From: Marsupella aquatica
Taxonomy: Eukaryota > Plantae > Marchantiophyta
Direction: 5' to 3'
NCBI GenBank assembly: GCA_973895155.1
Contig: OZ316891.1
Coordinates: 310,001 to 374,000, forward strand
DNA length: 64,000 nt
Shown: positions 1-13,100 of the stretch, piece by piece
Position numbering within the stretch: the first letter of the stretch is position 1
Layout: each line of letters opens with the position of its first letter
The notes under the pieces: generated by a model
The model's database searches: none
The model's input: the letters and a program-made list of their open reading frames with translations, nothing else
What the model was told of the DNA's origin: nothing
Translations under genes and position numbers: made by a program

Positions 1-382
1 AAAGATTAGGCTCCCTCCCAATCTTACCTAACACAAAAACCTGATCAATGTCACTATTTTTAGATGAAGCCTCGTACCCGTAGTTGGAGCAATTTATGAG
101 CTCAAATGTGAGCTCGTTGGGAATGTTTGGTTTGAAGTGCCACATGATTACATTGAGGCCTGCATGATCAATAAGGCAGGGACAACGAAGAGGTCTGCAT
201 GGTTTATGGACAAAGGTGGTGAGACATGATTCTATAATTTGGCTTCAATCCTCATAGCATTGGTAAAGCAACAGAAGCGGGAAAATAGGTAGGACTTCTA
301 TGAACTGATTTTGATATTCAAAGTCTTTCCAAATCAAACAAGTTTGGTTGTTTTTTTTAGCTGCATTTTTGGATTCCCTGAG

Positions 383-475
383 TTTAGGGTTTAGGGTTTA
401 AGGGTTTAGGGTTTAGGGGTTTAGGGTTTAGGGTTTAGGGTTTAAACCCTAAACCCTAAACTCTAAACCCTAAAC
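383..475. repeat. Interstitial telomeric repeat, head-to-head (TTTAGGG)n/(CCCTAAA)n
   Basis: About 8 TTTAGGG units (383-443) run directly into about 4 AAACCCT units (444-475) at a TTT|AAA axis. Confidence 0.95.
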
Positions 476-590
476 TTCTGAATTGAGAAGTACAAGAAGT
501 CACTACACTTGTATAATAAAATTAGACATTGTCACTTGGATCTATTATAGTCCTCACCAGAGTAGATTGATAGATTATTGCCTTGTTCCC

Positions 591-748
591 TCCTCAAAGA
601 AAGATGTTTACTGGATAACATAAATGCCCTCAAAATCCAAAACTCACAAGTCCTTACTTACAGAGTAATTCCTCAGAGAAAGATGTTTACTGGATAACAC
701 AAATACCCTCAAAATCCAAACCCACAAGTCCTTACTTACAGAGTAATG
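591..748. repeat. Tandem duplication, 2 x ~79 bp
   Basis: tcctcaaagaaagatgtttactggataac...cttacagagtaat occurs at 591 and again at 670 with few mismatches. Confidence 0.9.
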
Positions 749-1273
749 TTGCGGGACTACATAGACGTAAATAAGCTTTGTTGTGTGTAGATTTATTGGC
801 CTATCTGCAGTGTACGCCATACACTTGGGGATAGATGTGAGCTACAATGATTGGTACGAGCTAATGGGGATGAAATTAACTAATTCACTTCAAAAGACTC
901 TATTAAAACAATTTTAGTCTCTACCATGCACAAGTGCAAATTGTATAAGTGCATTCCATGCCAGATTGCGTGGTTATGTGGAGGCCCACCATGTAGTCCC
1001 TTTAATATATATTCCAGCAATTTCACCTCTAAATGCACCCAAAAATGCAGTTTTCATAAGTGCAGGTCTGCCCTCACTAAATGACAAATTCATAAATACG
1101 TTTCCATCTATAAGTGTACATATCCATGTATCACAGCAAAATATACATCACAAGCATCTATTGTAAGCACAGCAGTTACATGAAGTAATCCTATTTTCAT
1201 CCAGTATGACTGAGGGCTGAGTATGGGCCTCAGGGATATGAGGAGTCCTATGTGTCCCGCTATGAGTGTGATC

Positions 1274-1482
1274 TGACAACCCTCATTTGTTCCAGCAATT
1301 TATGATCAACTTTCTGTCTCCAGTCCAATTTTCCACCAGTCTTTGACAACCCTCATTTGTTCCAGCAATTTATGATCAACTTTCTGTCTCCAGTCCAATT
1401 TTCCACTTTGATCTTCGTGCAAGTCTTATGATCCCTTTGCTTCTTCGTGCAAGTCTTATGATCCCTTTGCTTCTTCGTGCAA
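1274..1482. repeat. Two adjacent tandem duplications (~70 bp x2 and ~31 bp x2.3)
   Basis: tgacaaccctcatttgttccagc... at 1274 and 1344; tcttcgtgcaagtcttatgatccctttgct repeated from about 1412. Confidence 0.9.
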
Positions 1483-1855
1483 TCACAGAGTTGTAAAGGC
1501 TGAAACAGGGCTTTCAAAGGGATGTTTAGCATTTCGAATCAGAAGCCCCGCAAAAGAAAAGGTTTCTTTGCTCCAAAAGTAAGAATCAATCCTTGACACA
1601 AAATCTTGACGAATGCAAAAAGGGGGCGAGGCAAAATGATAATTCTGCTTGGAGTAATTACATGGAAAAGCAAAGCTTATTCACAACATCTTCAGTCGCT
1701 TGAAGGACACACGGAATTGAAACACAGTCAAAGATTTGTTTTATTCAATTTCCCGAGCCGCATCTGTAAAGGGATGCACTAGTCCAAAGTCTAGAACCAG
1801 GTCAACATCCTTCTTGGCATGTAACTAGGAAGATCCCAGCGAAAGTATAGCTGAT

Positions 1856-4800
1856 TTAGTCGCCCCCAAAGCTGATTCCCTGTGCAAGTGGTAGGTCCCG
1901 GCCATAGTTGATTGTGCTGCAACAACCCAAAGTTCTTGAGTCCACGAGAAATACATATATATGCAGATACATCAAACACGGGAGACAAGACTGTATCACA
2001 CCCCCAATTTCATCCAATAAAGCCAGAATTTAGAATCTCAGGTGGCCATATGAAACTAATAGTATATAGCGTATTCCAGCACAAAAATGGAGATGAGAAG
2101 AACGAACTAAGGAGAATTCGCTCACCTAGTTGATCTTCTCATGTATTGTTTCCACGAGTCACTACCCGACTCTCTTCCACCCCCGGTTGCCTTTTCACCT
2201 CCAAAGGCACCACCGATCTCTGCTCCATTGGTGGGAATGTTGACATTCACAATACCACAGTCACTTCCTGCAGGCCTGCACGAGTTCCAGGTAAACAACC
2301 CAACCATGTTAAATCGAACGTTACTTCGTAAAGTCATCCATGAGCTGAAGTCGTGCTAAGTCAACAAGGAAGACTTTGATACAAAAAAATTGAAGGAGAG
2401 ATTTCCGTAAATCCAAAGGTAAGTTTAACATATTGTTACATACCCAGTCCACCTGAAAATGTTCTCCGGGCTTTTGGTGAAGATGGAGCTGCTCAGCCCT
2501 TGTGGCACGGAGTTGTTCAGCTTGACTGCTTCCTCAAATGTCTGCAAGGCATCTTGACTTATTATTATTTTACTAAAACGTTTTGGTGTAACAGCACTCT
2601 AATATCGTGCAACAGTACTATTCCAGGAGTATCGCCCTACAATCCTTCTAAACGACTGTATCATGATACTGATATACTAGCCGAACGAATTTACCTTGAA
2701 CTTGAATACATAGAGAATCGGACAGAATAATTCTTCCTGGACGATAGTAGCATCGTGAGCTATTTCCACGATGGTAGGTTGCACATAATTCCCGTCCCGC
2801 TCAATTACGGATCCACCAGTGAGGATCACTCCACCCTGACACATTGAAATGCCACGACAGAAATCAGATTCTCGGTTTTTAAATACGAAATGAATTCACA
2901 CTTTAAAGCGACATTGTTGAAATGGCGACAGAGAAGTACTTCCCAAGAGAATGGATCAAGTTTGATTTTCAAGATGCCGCCTTTGTAGGCATTTACACCA
3001 GTTTTAGTATGGAGAGGACCAAGAAGAGTGCCTTCAACAAGTGGGTCACCAGCTTCGACTTGCGCATATGACTTCAAAAGTTTGTCAAGAGTCTCCTTGT
3101 AGATCGACTCGTGTATTAACTGGTTGAAGCATCAGAAAAAATGTTAGAAATGTCTCTAGCAGCCGAATGAGCGCATCTGCTCGTGTTTGAGGTCAAATTC
3201 TTTCTTGCTGGTTGATAACAGAAAATCTATTACAGAAACACTACCCTATTGATATAGGGGATGCCATGCAAAAGGGGTATTTCGGCTGAAAATGGGGAAG
3301 TGGAAAATACCAGACGGCGGCAGGTAGTGCAGCGTTGGCCAGTTGTACCAACAGATGCGAAAAGGATAGAACGGATTGCAATCGTTAAATCAGCATCCTC
3401 CATGACAATGATAGCATTGTTCCCACTAAGCTCTAGCAGGCACTTGCCAAAACGAGCACTCACTGCCTCTCGTATTGCCTGGCCCACCTGAAAGCACAAG
3501 AAACCAAAATCAAAGCTAGAAGGGTGTTTTACGGGCCAAATCTTGTCACAGAGGAGAGCTGTTGTCTGCCCCACTCCTTGTTGCAACTGCACAATCCTAC
3601 TCTTGACCGTGACCACCAGTTTCTTGGGTCCGGCAATACGAAGAAGCAAGCAATGTCTAGAAACCGCCCAGAGCTGACACATCGAAAAATAGTCATCCAT
3701 GGAGTTTGTAGCATTCAGTACCTTCGTGCTACCAGTGAAAGAGACAAGTGCAATCCGTCGGTCGTGAGCAATCTTCTGTCCAATGTCAGCTCCTCCACAC
3801 AAACCTGTAAAAATAGCTCCGGGCAATCCATTCTTCTCCAGAACTTCTTGAAACATTTTCGTCACTGCTATGGTGATCAAAGGTGCTGTGGGAGCCCCTT
3901 TCCTGAAGCAACAGAGTCAGAAGACAGGCACAGGTCAAACTGAAGAAACAATATACTCGATCAAGTACGACAAAAAATCGCGGACACCTAAGATTTCTAC
4001 ATGAAGTCGAATACTCTGACGGTTCATCATTAGATGAACATCTTTACTTCGTTCCATCCTATACGTCCATCTTGAAAGACAAGAAAGTAAGTTAGTTTTC
4101 TCTAAGCATTTGACGATGTTGCCTTTACAGGTCTATCACTTGTCTTTGAATAATGAAATAGGAATGTATCATTAGGAATGTCTAGGTCTAACGTTTCACA
4201 GATAACGTATTTAAATCACTGGACTTGTTATAACGTAATTTGGAAGCACAAACAACGGGCCAACTTTGTACCCGCCTAACAAGTACTTACCATACAACAG
4301 CGTTGCCACAAACCATTGCAATGCAGGCATTCCATCCTGCAAGAGACAGATTTTACAATATACACCTTTGCTTCTTGCTCTAATCTGGACACCCAAACAC
4401 GTTGATGTAAAATACAGTGAAGAAAAGCTACGCCGGTTCAAGATCAGGCAGTTTGAACCATTAAGTTTGTGACCAAATGAGGCTATTCAGGTGTATCATA
4501 TATGGAAAAAGTTTTATTTAGTCCTTCAGCAGCTTCTTGGACACTTCATGTGAATAGAAGTTTTGAAGACAATTCGTACCGAGGACCGCGCAGGGAAAGT
4601 TGAAGGATGTGATCACACCAACAATACCCAGTGGGTTCCAGAACTGCCCAGAGTGCCAAAAAAATAAGGACATCTGATTACGACGACAAAAAGAATGACA
4701 TTCTAAATCAATGGGGCGCATTAATAAGTATTACACGCTAGGAGATGAAAACACTAGACCCTTACAACGAAAGATGAGGACATCCACGCATTTCTGTACC

Positions 4801-6258
4801 CAATTTATCAATGAAGATACTAAACAACAGGTGATAGTAGGAAAGTGTGGCAAACCTCAAACATGGCATGGTTTAGACCTGCACATCCGTAACATTGTTA
4901 TCAGGTTCACCTGATTTAAATATCATCATTGCAATCGCCTCAATGATCATGATCTTCTCAAGGACACACAAGTGCATTGTACCACAAAATCCAGTAAATG
5001 TCTAAGTTAGTAGTCTTCCTTACGTTCTGAGGGGATAACAGAACCGTTAATCTGTCTGCTAAGACCCGCTGCGAAGTCACACATATCGATGATTTCCTGA
5101 CCAACATTCCCAGACAAAGTTGATCGTCAGACTTGACAGTAGATTGTTCCGTTGACAAATTCGCGCAAGATAGACCATCCGGAGAAAAACGTATAACCGG
5201 ACCACTAATGTACACGTTTCCTAGATTGGAGGTTGCCCATACAGGGAAATTACCTGCACTTCTCCAATGCCCTCGGGCAGAATCTTGCCCATCTCCAAAG
5301 AAACAAGTCTTCCAAGTTCGACCACCTTGGCACGGAACACCTCTCCAAGCTGCCGGACAATCTCGCCTCTCTTGGGTGCTGGCGTCTACACAAAGCGTAA
5401 CGCGTATATCCTATGCGTTACAGCAGGAAAGCCAAAAGACCCGTGGCCCTCATCTTGGCTACAAATTCAGAGTACTACGAATTTAAAAAGTCACCACAGC
5501 TGATTGCTCAGAAAAGGTTGACGAATGTGAAACTCCGACGTTAACGAACAAATCACATTCTTGGTTGAAAGGAGGTGAAATGGACATATTCCGACACATG
5601 AGGGTCTACTTACGAGCATCCATTCTGTTTTGACTGCATCAGAAGCTTTGAGGCCTTCTTCGTAATCTTCCAGCGATGCTTCTATAACAGTCGCTATTTC
5701 CTGCAAGAAGATCATACATAGTCACCATACGCGGCCTCTGCGACATACAACAACGACAGACGGAAAAGAACTTGGGTACACTAAAGGTGAGAATTCAAGC
5801 CACGCTTCTAGTCCCATTTTGCTATTCTAAGGTACTTTAGAAATGAGCACAATCAAACTCGCGCCGGCTTCCAACTCCAAGACATGAGGCATACACATGT
5901 TAAACGAGAGGACACAAGGTGAAATTAAGGAACGGGAAAAATGAAGACTCTAATCAAATTTCCGCTCTCAATTGGAATTCGGCACGCAGATTCACCCCAG
6001 TTAGCTTTCGTTCCTCATAGCTCAATGGAATGCGCGTACATAAGAAATTCGAGAGACGCGTTCATTCCTCAAGAGCTCAATGGGAGGCGCCTAGTAAGAA
6101 TTTCGAGAGGCGTGCACCTTGCCGGTGGTGGGATTGATAGAGCTAACGGTTGGACCGGTGGCTTTCCATTGTCCGCCCACGAAGCTGCCTGAGTTGTGGG
6201 CTCGCAACCCCAAGGTCGTGAGGAACTTGTTGTCGGGGTTCTCGAAATCCAACCCCAT
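1856..6258 (-). CDS. ALDH7B: Aldehyde dehydrogenase family 7 member B (antiquitin / alpha-aminoadipic semialdehyde dehydrogenase), 14 exons, ~517 aa
   Basis: Exons read manually with GT-AG boundaries and consistent phase: 6118-6258, 5614-5700, 5254-5385, 5024-5096, 4856-4878, 4580-4643, 4291-4336, 3722-3902, 3311-3487, 2940-3119, 2695-2835, 2444-2541, 2126-2275, 1856-1916 (1554 nt). Motifs: [42 protein letters not shown] (catalytic Glu), GQRCTT (catalytic Cys), [32 protein letters not shown] and C-terminal [10 protein letters not shown]. Confidence 0.96.
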
Positions 6259-7771
6259 TGTCTTAATCCTCTGTTCTCCCCTCTGTCTTCACATTCACCA
6301 ACGACCCTGCTTACAATCCTTCCATTTAAAATGGAAAGACATAGTCGTCTAACAAAGATCGTGAGTGAGAGCGAACCTCAGGCAATTTACCCGCGACCCA
6401 AAATCTGTCTGTCGCTATACATCAGATAGTACGTCTGAGCTTTCTCCTTCTCCAAATTCAAGTTATGAATACAGATGGAGCTAATTGCCACACAATCCAA
6501 AAATCGTGTTTCTAAGTGCGAAGTAGTGTTTGTACTACGGAAGAACCACAGACTCCAATTGAAAATTGTCTTCGAAGTATGTGCTAGAACATCATCATTC
6601 CCTCGTTGCGAGCATGACAACCGAATGACAGTGATTCGAGTTCAATTGATGACTGCCTGATATGTGGAGTGCTACTCAATGGAATTGTGCTTAGAAAGAC
6701 CGGGAGGAGACAAATTTGGTTGAAGCTCCGTTCAAAAAGCTGCAGCAGTCCAGTGTGGGGTGGTGGTGATCAGCTCAGGAACCCGAAAATCCGCGCACCG
6801 CTTCTGCAATTGTATCAATCTGCCAACTGGGGTTGGGTTTATATGGTGTGTTTGGGGAATTTGCCTATGTCAGCAGACGGAAGAGCATAAGGTACGGGAT
6901 CGTGGCAGCTGGTTGGAGTCATGTGGGCAGTTGGGAGAAGGACAATAATAATATGGCCCCACACTTCCATTATTACGCTGTACACACTCCTTTGAGCCCC
7001 CCCCCCGAAACATTATTCAGGGAGAGGAGTCCCTGCACCCTGCAGAGTCATCAACTCTGCCGCGGTTCTCCCCCACCCCGGAAAGAGGGCCCCGTTTTTT
7101 CCCTTATGGTGGTTTCCCCTTTGTCAGTTTTCAGGCCAGTATGTCACACTCTCGCTGCCCGTGCCCGCATGTACACGAATTATTCGTTGACTTCAATCTA
7201 CCTTTTCACTCAGTTTTAAATTGATTAAGGGATGTCATCGGGAATGCGCTTTACACTAGGTTTTTGTTTTTGCGTTTGTGCAAGGGGGCAACGAATGTGC
7301 CCCGAGTAAAATTGGACGCGGCGATGAATGTGCGCCGATTTAAGTTAGGCATGGCGACGAACGTCCGCATACTTGGATTGCGCTCTATGTTAATTTTTCT
7401 GCTTGTGTGGAATCGATCAGGGAATGTGGGCAGAGTCGAGATTGGTCACGCAATCTATTCGTGACATAATTCAGCCATTGAATTTCAAACAAGGATTACA
7501 AATTCCTCACCACCACATGCAACTATCGGCTGCTATATATCTTGGACAGTTCAACTTATTTCTCATGCTGGTATTGACCAAGTAGCAGCCCAATATATTC
7601 AAACGATACTAGACAGCCAACTACCAACTCATTCGAACAATCTGACAATGAATCCACAATATCAGAAATGAAATTGGACAATGAATCTACAATAAAATGA
7701 TAGTACTTGATAAAATTTCCATTGTATTCTTCGAACGGGAAATGCCAAAAACAATGCCTTGTACATCAAGT

Positions 7772-8895
7772 CTAATCCTTTATCTCTTCTACGTAAGAGA
7801 CTGGGAATTGCCCAAGCTGGCTTTCCTGATAAATACTAGAGTGTCCTGAAGGTCCCATGCCAACATTTGACAGCTGAGTCAGGCACACAGGACTCACTGA
7901 AGCCACACTTGCCTGCTCTCCTACAACTTTCCTACCACCTTGAGCAGGGCCCTTCTTTTGAACGGGAGCTTTAGGTGCTCGTCTGACAGGGGCCTTTCTC
8001 TCTCCAACTGGTTTCATCTTTGGAAGGAGCCTGGCATTGTTTTGGCTAACCTGTGTTGCATTTGGATCAATATTCTCAGTATCAATGTTTTTACCCTTCT
8101 GACTGCTAACTGGTTTTGTAGGCTTCTTGTACCGCCCCATTGATATTGTGAGATGCCATTCATGCTCTTGGTTCAGATCCATACAAGCCAAAGCTGCCTT
8201 GTCAAGTTTCTTTTGATCAGATTCTCGAACAGTAACAATTCTGACAAAGGGAGATGCAGTGACAGGGGCCTGAGTCGTAGTTGAACTTCTCTGTGAATTT
8301 TCTGACCGCCTTCCCCTCTTCCACATCTTATCCACAAATGACTCTTTTCTGTCAAGCCACAAATCAGCCCCATCTCTTCTCTCAAAGGCTGGTGGATTTG
8401 TCATTTTCAGGAGTGGAGTTGGCCCAATTTGTACAGAGTCATATTAGCCTTAAGTGAAAACATTTCATCTAGTAGTTTCAACAAGCCAGTCATTCCAATG
8501 CTGATCAAGTGAGGGGTGCTCTCAACTTTGACAAAAATCTCTTTCAATACCTTCTCATAATGGGCATAGCTAAAAGTCTCTTGCTCCTCAGGTAACGCCT
8601 GCTCCTCTGGTAACTCCAAGAGTTCTGCTAAATCCACCTCCACTGGATCATGTAGGAGAAACAAAGTCACGTTAGCCAATGGTGTATCAGGCTCGGGCCA
8701 CACTGCTTGCTCAAATGCAAGCCCGCCCACCATACTACCATACTGAGTTCCGTAAATCTGAAGAAGCTTGGACTCAGACAAGCCGCTCAGCCGCAATAGT
8801 TGTATCTGTACAAGAAAGAGGAGGCACAATCCGGGGCACAAGGAGAGTCTGGACCTGGGATTATGTTCAGAGCAATTGTTGACAAGAACATTCAT
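7772..8895 (-). pseudogene. Unassigned degenerate ORFs joined to the truncated integrase, probably TE-derived
   Basis: Two consecutive ORFs (8407-8895, 7772-8404) follow the point where integrase homology stops (~8960). No domain recognised. Confidence 0.3.
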
Positions 8896-10105
8896 GTCAA
8901 ATGCCAGGGTTCAATATACCTGGTGCTTGCATGTGTTCCCATGCATACTGGATCCACATTTCTGTCAACCCATTTGCTTTTGGGTGGTAAGGAGTAGTAG
9001 GCCTGTGCCTAACTAAATACTGCTCATTTAAGCGACTGATTATATATCATTCAGAAAATGGGTTCCTCTATCACTAACTAACTCTAGGGGTGCCCATACC
9101 TGGTGAAGATCTGCTCAGACATACATGAATCGAGCCGTAGTAATTGCATCGTCCTTCGTTGTTGGCCTGGCCTCTACCCACTTAGTTGCATAATCCGTGG
9201 CTAGGATTATGTACTTGTTTCTCCGAGGATGGGTCAATGGTTTCAGAGGTCCAATGTAATCAATACCCCATTTCTCAAATGGTGCCAAAGGTAGAATAAG
9301 GTGCAGTGGATGTCTCGTGGCCGCCCTTGGTCCTCCTGCTTGCTGACAAGGATCACATTGTTTGATAAACTGATAGACATCATTGTGTAAGGTGGGCCAC
9401 CAGTAACCGACATCTAAGATCTTTTTAGACGTGGTTACTGGAGCAAAATGTCCTCCGACCTCCTCTCCATGCATAGCCCGTAAGACTCGTTTTACCTCTC
9501 CCTTCTCCAAACACCTTTGAATCGTTCCGCTGATTCCATACTTGTGTAGCATGCCCTTAATGCACTGATACTGTCTGACCTTTCGCAAAAGACTGCGGCT
9601 TGCTCTCGGCTTAGTCCCGTTTGTAGTCTGGATGTGCAAAGAGATTGTAAAATCTCAGGGTACCACGTATCAGTTACTTCCACAACAAATAGCTCGTCGG
9701 GGAATCTATCATCGATGCAATCCGTGGCGGGTTTGCCTGTGATCCTTGACAAGAAGTCGACATTGGCATGTAGCTTTCCCGACTTGATTTTTAGCTCGTA
9801 GTCAAATTCCTGTAATAGCAACATCCACCTTGCTACCCTGCCTGTAAGGTTCGGCTTATTCACTAGGTATTTCAAACTTTCATGATCAGTATGAAAGATT
9901 ACTTTGTATGTACCCTAGCAAATAATGCCTAAACTTTTTACATGAATAAATGACTCCTAATGCTTCTCTTTCTGTGGTGGAGTAGTTTTGTTCGGCATCG
10001 GCAAGCTGGCGGCTTGCAAAGTATATGGGATGGTCCCTTCCTTTCTTATCCAACTGACTTAGTACTGAGCCGATACAAAAGCCTGAGACATCTACAAAGA
10101 CATAA

Positions 10106-13100
10106 AACACAGTGACGGACCAAACAAGAAGTATGATCACCAAACGAGAAGTGTGTTTTCGATTTCGCAAAAAACGGCGAAAAATCACTAAAACTAAGAT
10201 CAAAAATGCTATTTTGAGGATGAATCCAAAATCGCATCCAACATCGGATTTCAAATCGAGATACTGTCGACACGAAAACAAAGAATTGTTACATTCCAGA
10301 ATTCCGAGACACTTCATCTAAAAAAAGAGCAAATTCCAAAACCTAGAAAAACAATGCTTTTCATGTGATCTTTCTAAAAGCTAAATCCGAGCATCAAACA
10401 AAACTAGGAAAACACAAGATTTCATTTTTGCAATCAAAATGGCAAACTGAAAATGGAATACGACGTATCCCATTTCGGATTCAACCATTGAACGTGAACG
10501 AAAACCGCACCAAATCATTCTCTTGACGCTTCCATTTAACCTCGGGTTTAAAATATTTGAATTTTTAACTACGGTAAAACTAAAAACTGCGAAAAACTGA
10601 CCGCGGACTACAGTCGACCCACATAGTTAGTTAAGTTAACCCGACGACATCTTCGAAAATATTTTAGCCCATAACGCACGGTGAATACGAGACGGGATCC
10701 AAGTATCCACTCTCGTATTCAACCTCAATGTTTTCCACCTGCAACTTTGCATCAGGAGATCTTTCGACATGAATACCAACTGAGATCCATGGATCCCATT
10801 TTTTTTTGCAAAGTCCAAAAACTCATTGGGAAAAGAGGAGGATGAATACCAGATGGGATCCCATCTAGTATTCAACCTCTACATTTTGAACTTTTTGCAT
10901 CGCATACCTTGATGTTCTAGTTTGAAGACCAACTGGGATCCACGACGACTTCCTCGAAAATCTACAATTTAAATTTCAGCATTCCTTGAAAAGACAGACT
11001 CTTACTTTAAAAAACCCTCGTACGGACCAATCAGGGAATGCCAATAGGGATCCACGTATCCTATTTTTCAGAACAAGTCCAAAAATAACCCACTCAAAAC
11101 CAAGGATGAATACCAATGGATCCCATTTGGTATTCGCCTGCCAAAATTTGCCCTTGCCGCACCTTGCACCTTGATATTGAGGTTTAAATACCAACACGGA
11201 TCCACGGATCCCATTTGGTATTCACCCGCCAAAATTTGCCTTTGCCACACCTCGCACCTCAATATTGAGGTTTGAATACCGACACGGATCCATACCGACA
11301 CAGATCCATGAGTCCCATTTGTTGATTCAACTCCAAAACAATTTTGGATTTTTCCTTGCTCAGCACAACCCAATCACATCCATTTTTTACTCTTTCAAAA
11401 TATGTAGGACCAATCAACAGACCTACCTAAAAATGGAGGCAAATACCAAGTGGGTTTGTGGATCCCACCTCAGATTCAAAGTCCCGGATTGGCCCTCGGT
11501 CACAAGTCATTCATCCATTTTCACATTTGAATACCAAATTGGATTTCATTTGGTCTTTGTAGAATTCTTATCACTCTTTGTAAAGTTCTTGATTTGTAAA
11601 ATAACATGTTCTTATACCAAATGGGATAAAACAACATGTTCTTATACCAAATGGATCCCACTTGGTATTCATACAAGGTTTTATGACTTTTTTCTTTCTA
11701 GATTTGTGAAATAACATGTTTGAATACTACATGGGATACTTGGTATCCCATTTGGTATTCCTCTTGAAGTTTTGATCATTTGTGATCTTTTTACAAATGC
11801 AATCTGATTTTTTTGCGAGATTTTGCCTGATCTCAGATTTTTTCTTTTTCTATTTTTGCAGCGCCGAGTAAAGCGACTGAAAAGTCTCAAGCTCTTCTTT
11901 CTAACGGTATCAATTATAAGGAATTTGGATAAATACCGATAAAGATATGGCTTCCAAAGCGTGAGAGGGTACAAACTTAAGTTTTTGTAATTTTATAATT
12001 TCACCCCACAACTTAATCTGATCATATCTTAGTCCATCTTTCATCGTTTTCATATCAATTCTTGTCACAACTAGTGATGAAGATGTTAAGTATGAATTTG
12101 GATCATTTCAAGATTCTCAGGCAGCTAGATAGGGTCTTTGGATTTGACTTTAAAAAAACAATTGAAAGCTTAGGGGCTAAAAGTTAAAAATAACCCAGTA
12201 TTCACTAGTTTTGGATTGAATTTATCAATTTATGGCTTGTGCATTCCAAAAGCCTCATATCCTTGGATTGAATCCAAAGTAGGATACGTGGTATCCCAGT
12301 TCGTATTCAACTCCTGAACTTACGGCTTGTGCATTCCCACTCCTCATTTGGTTCATCATTGTGTTTATTGTGAGATACCCAATGGGATACCCAATATCCC
12401 ACTTCACATTCAACCTCTGCCTTTCAGACCTAACGTGAGATATTCAGAGGTTGAATATCAAATGGGAGACTTGGTATCCCACTTTGCATTCAACATTGAA
12501 TTTTCTATCTTTTGATTCTAAAATGCGTGTGATTCATCGGTTGAATCCGAAATGGGATACGCGGTATCCCATTTTGCATTCAACCTTGAATTTCTTGCAT
12601 TTCGCACCTAAATGCTTCATATTCAGAGGGTTGAATGCAAAGTGGGATACCCCGGATCCCACTTCGCATCCAACCTCATTTTTTCACGTTTAAGATATCC
12701 AAACTGGATTTTTGAAGATTGAATCCCAAATGGGATACGGCGTATCCCATTTGGGATTAGTCCTCATCATTTCCAAAAAGATATATCATTCTCACTTGTT
12801 CAGATTCTAGTTTGATTCGGGGGGATCCCATTTCGCATTCAACGTTGAGGTTTTGACATTTGCAAACTAAGATGCTTCAAATTCGGAGGTTGGATCCGAT
12901 ATGGGATACCCCGTATCCCACTTTGCATCCAACCTCCTTTTTTAGCTATAGAGAAACAAAAATTGGATATTTGAAGGTTGAATCCCAAACGGGATACGCC
13001 GTATCCCATTTCGCATTCAACGTTGAGATTTTGACATTTGGAAACTAAGATGCTTCATATTTGGAGGTTGGATGCGATATGGGATACCCCATATCCCACT

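Noticed and set aside
3230-3880. 216-aa single-exon ALDH ORF
   Set aside because: It reads through intron 8 (3488-3721) and into intron 9; the real gene is spliced.
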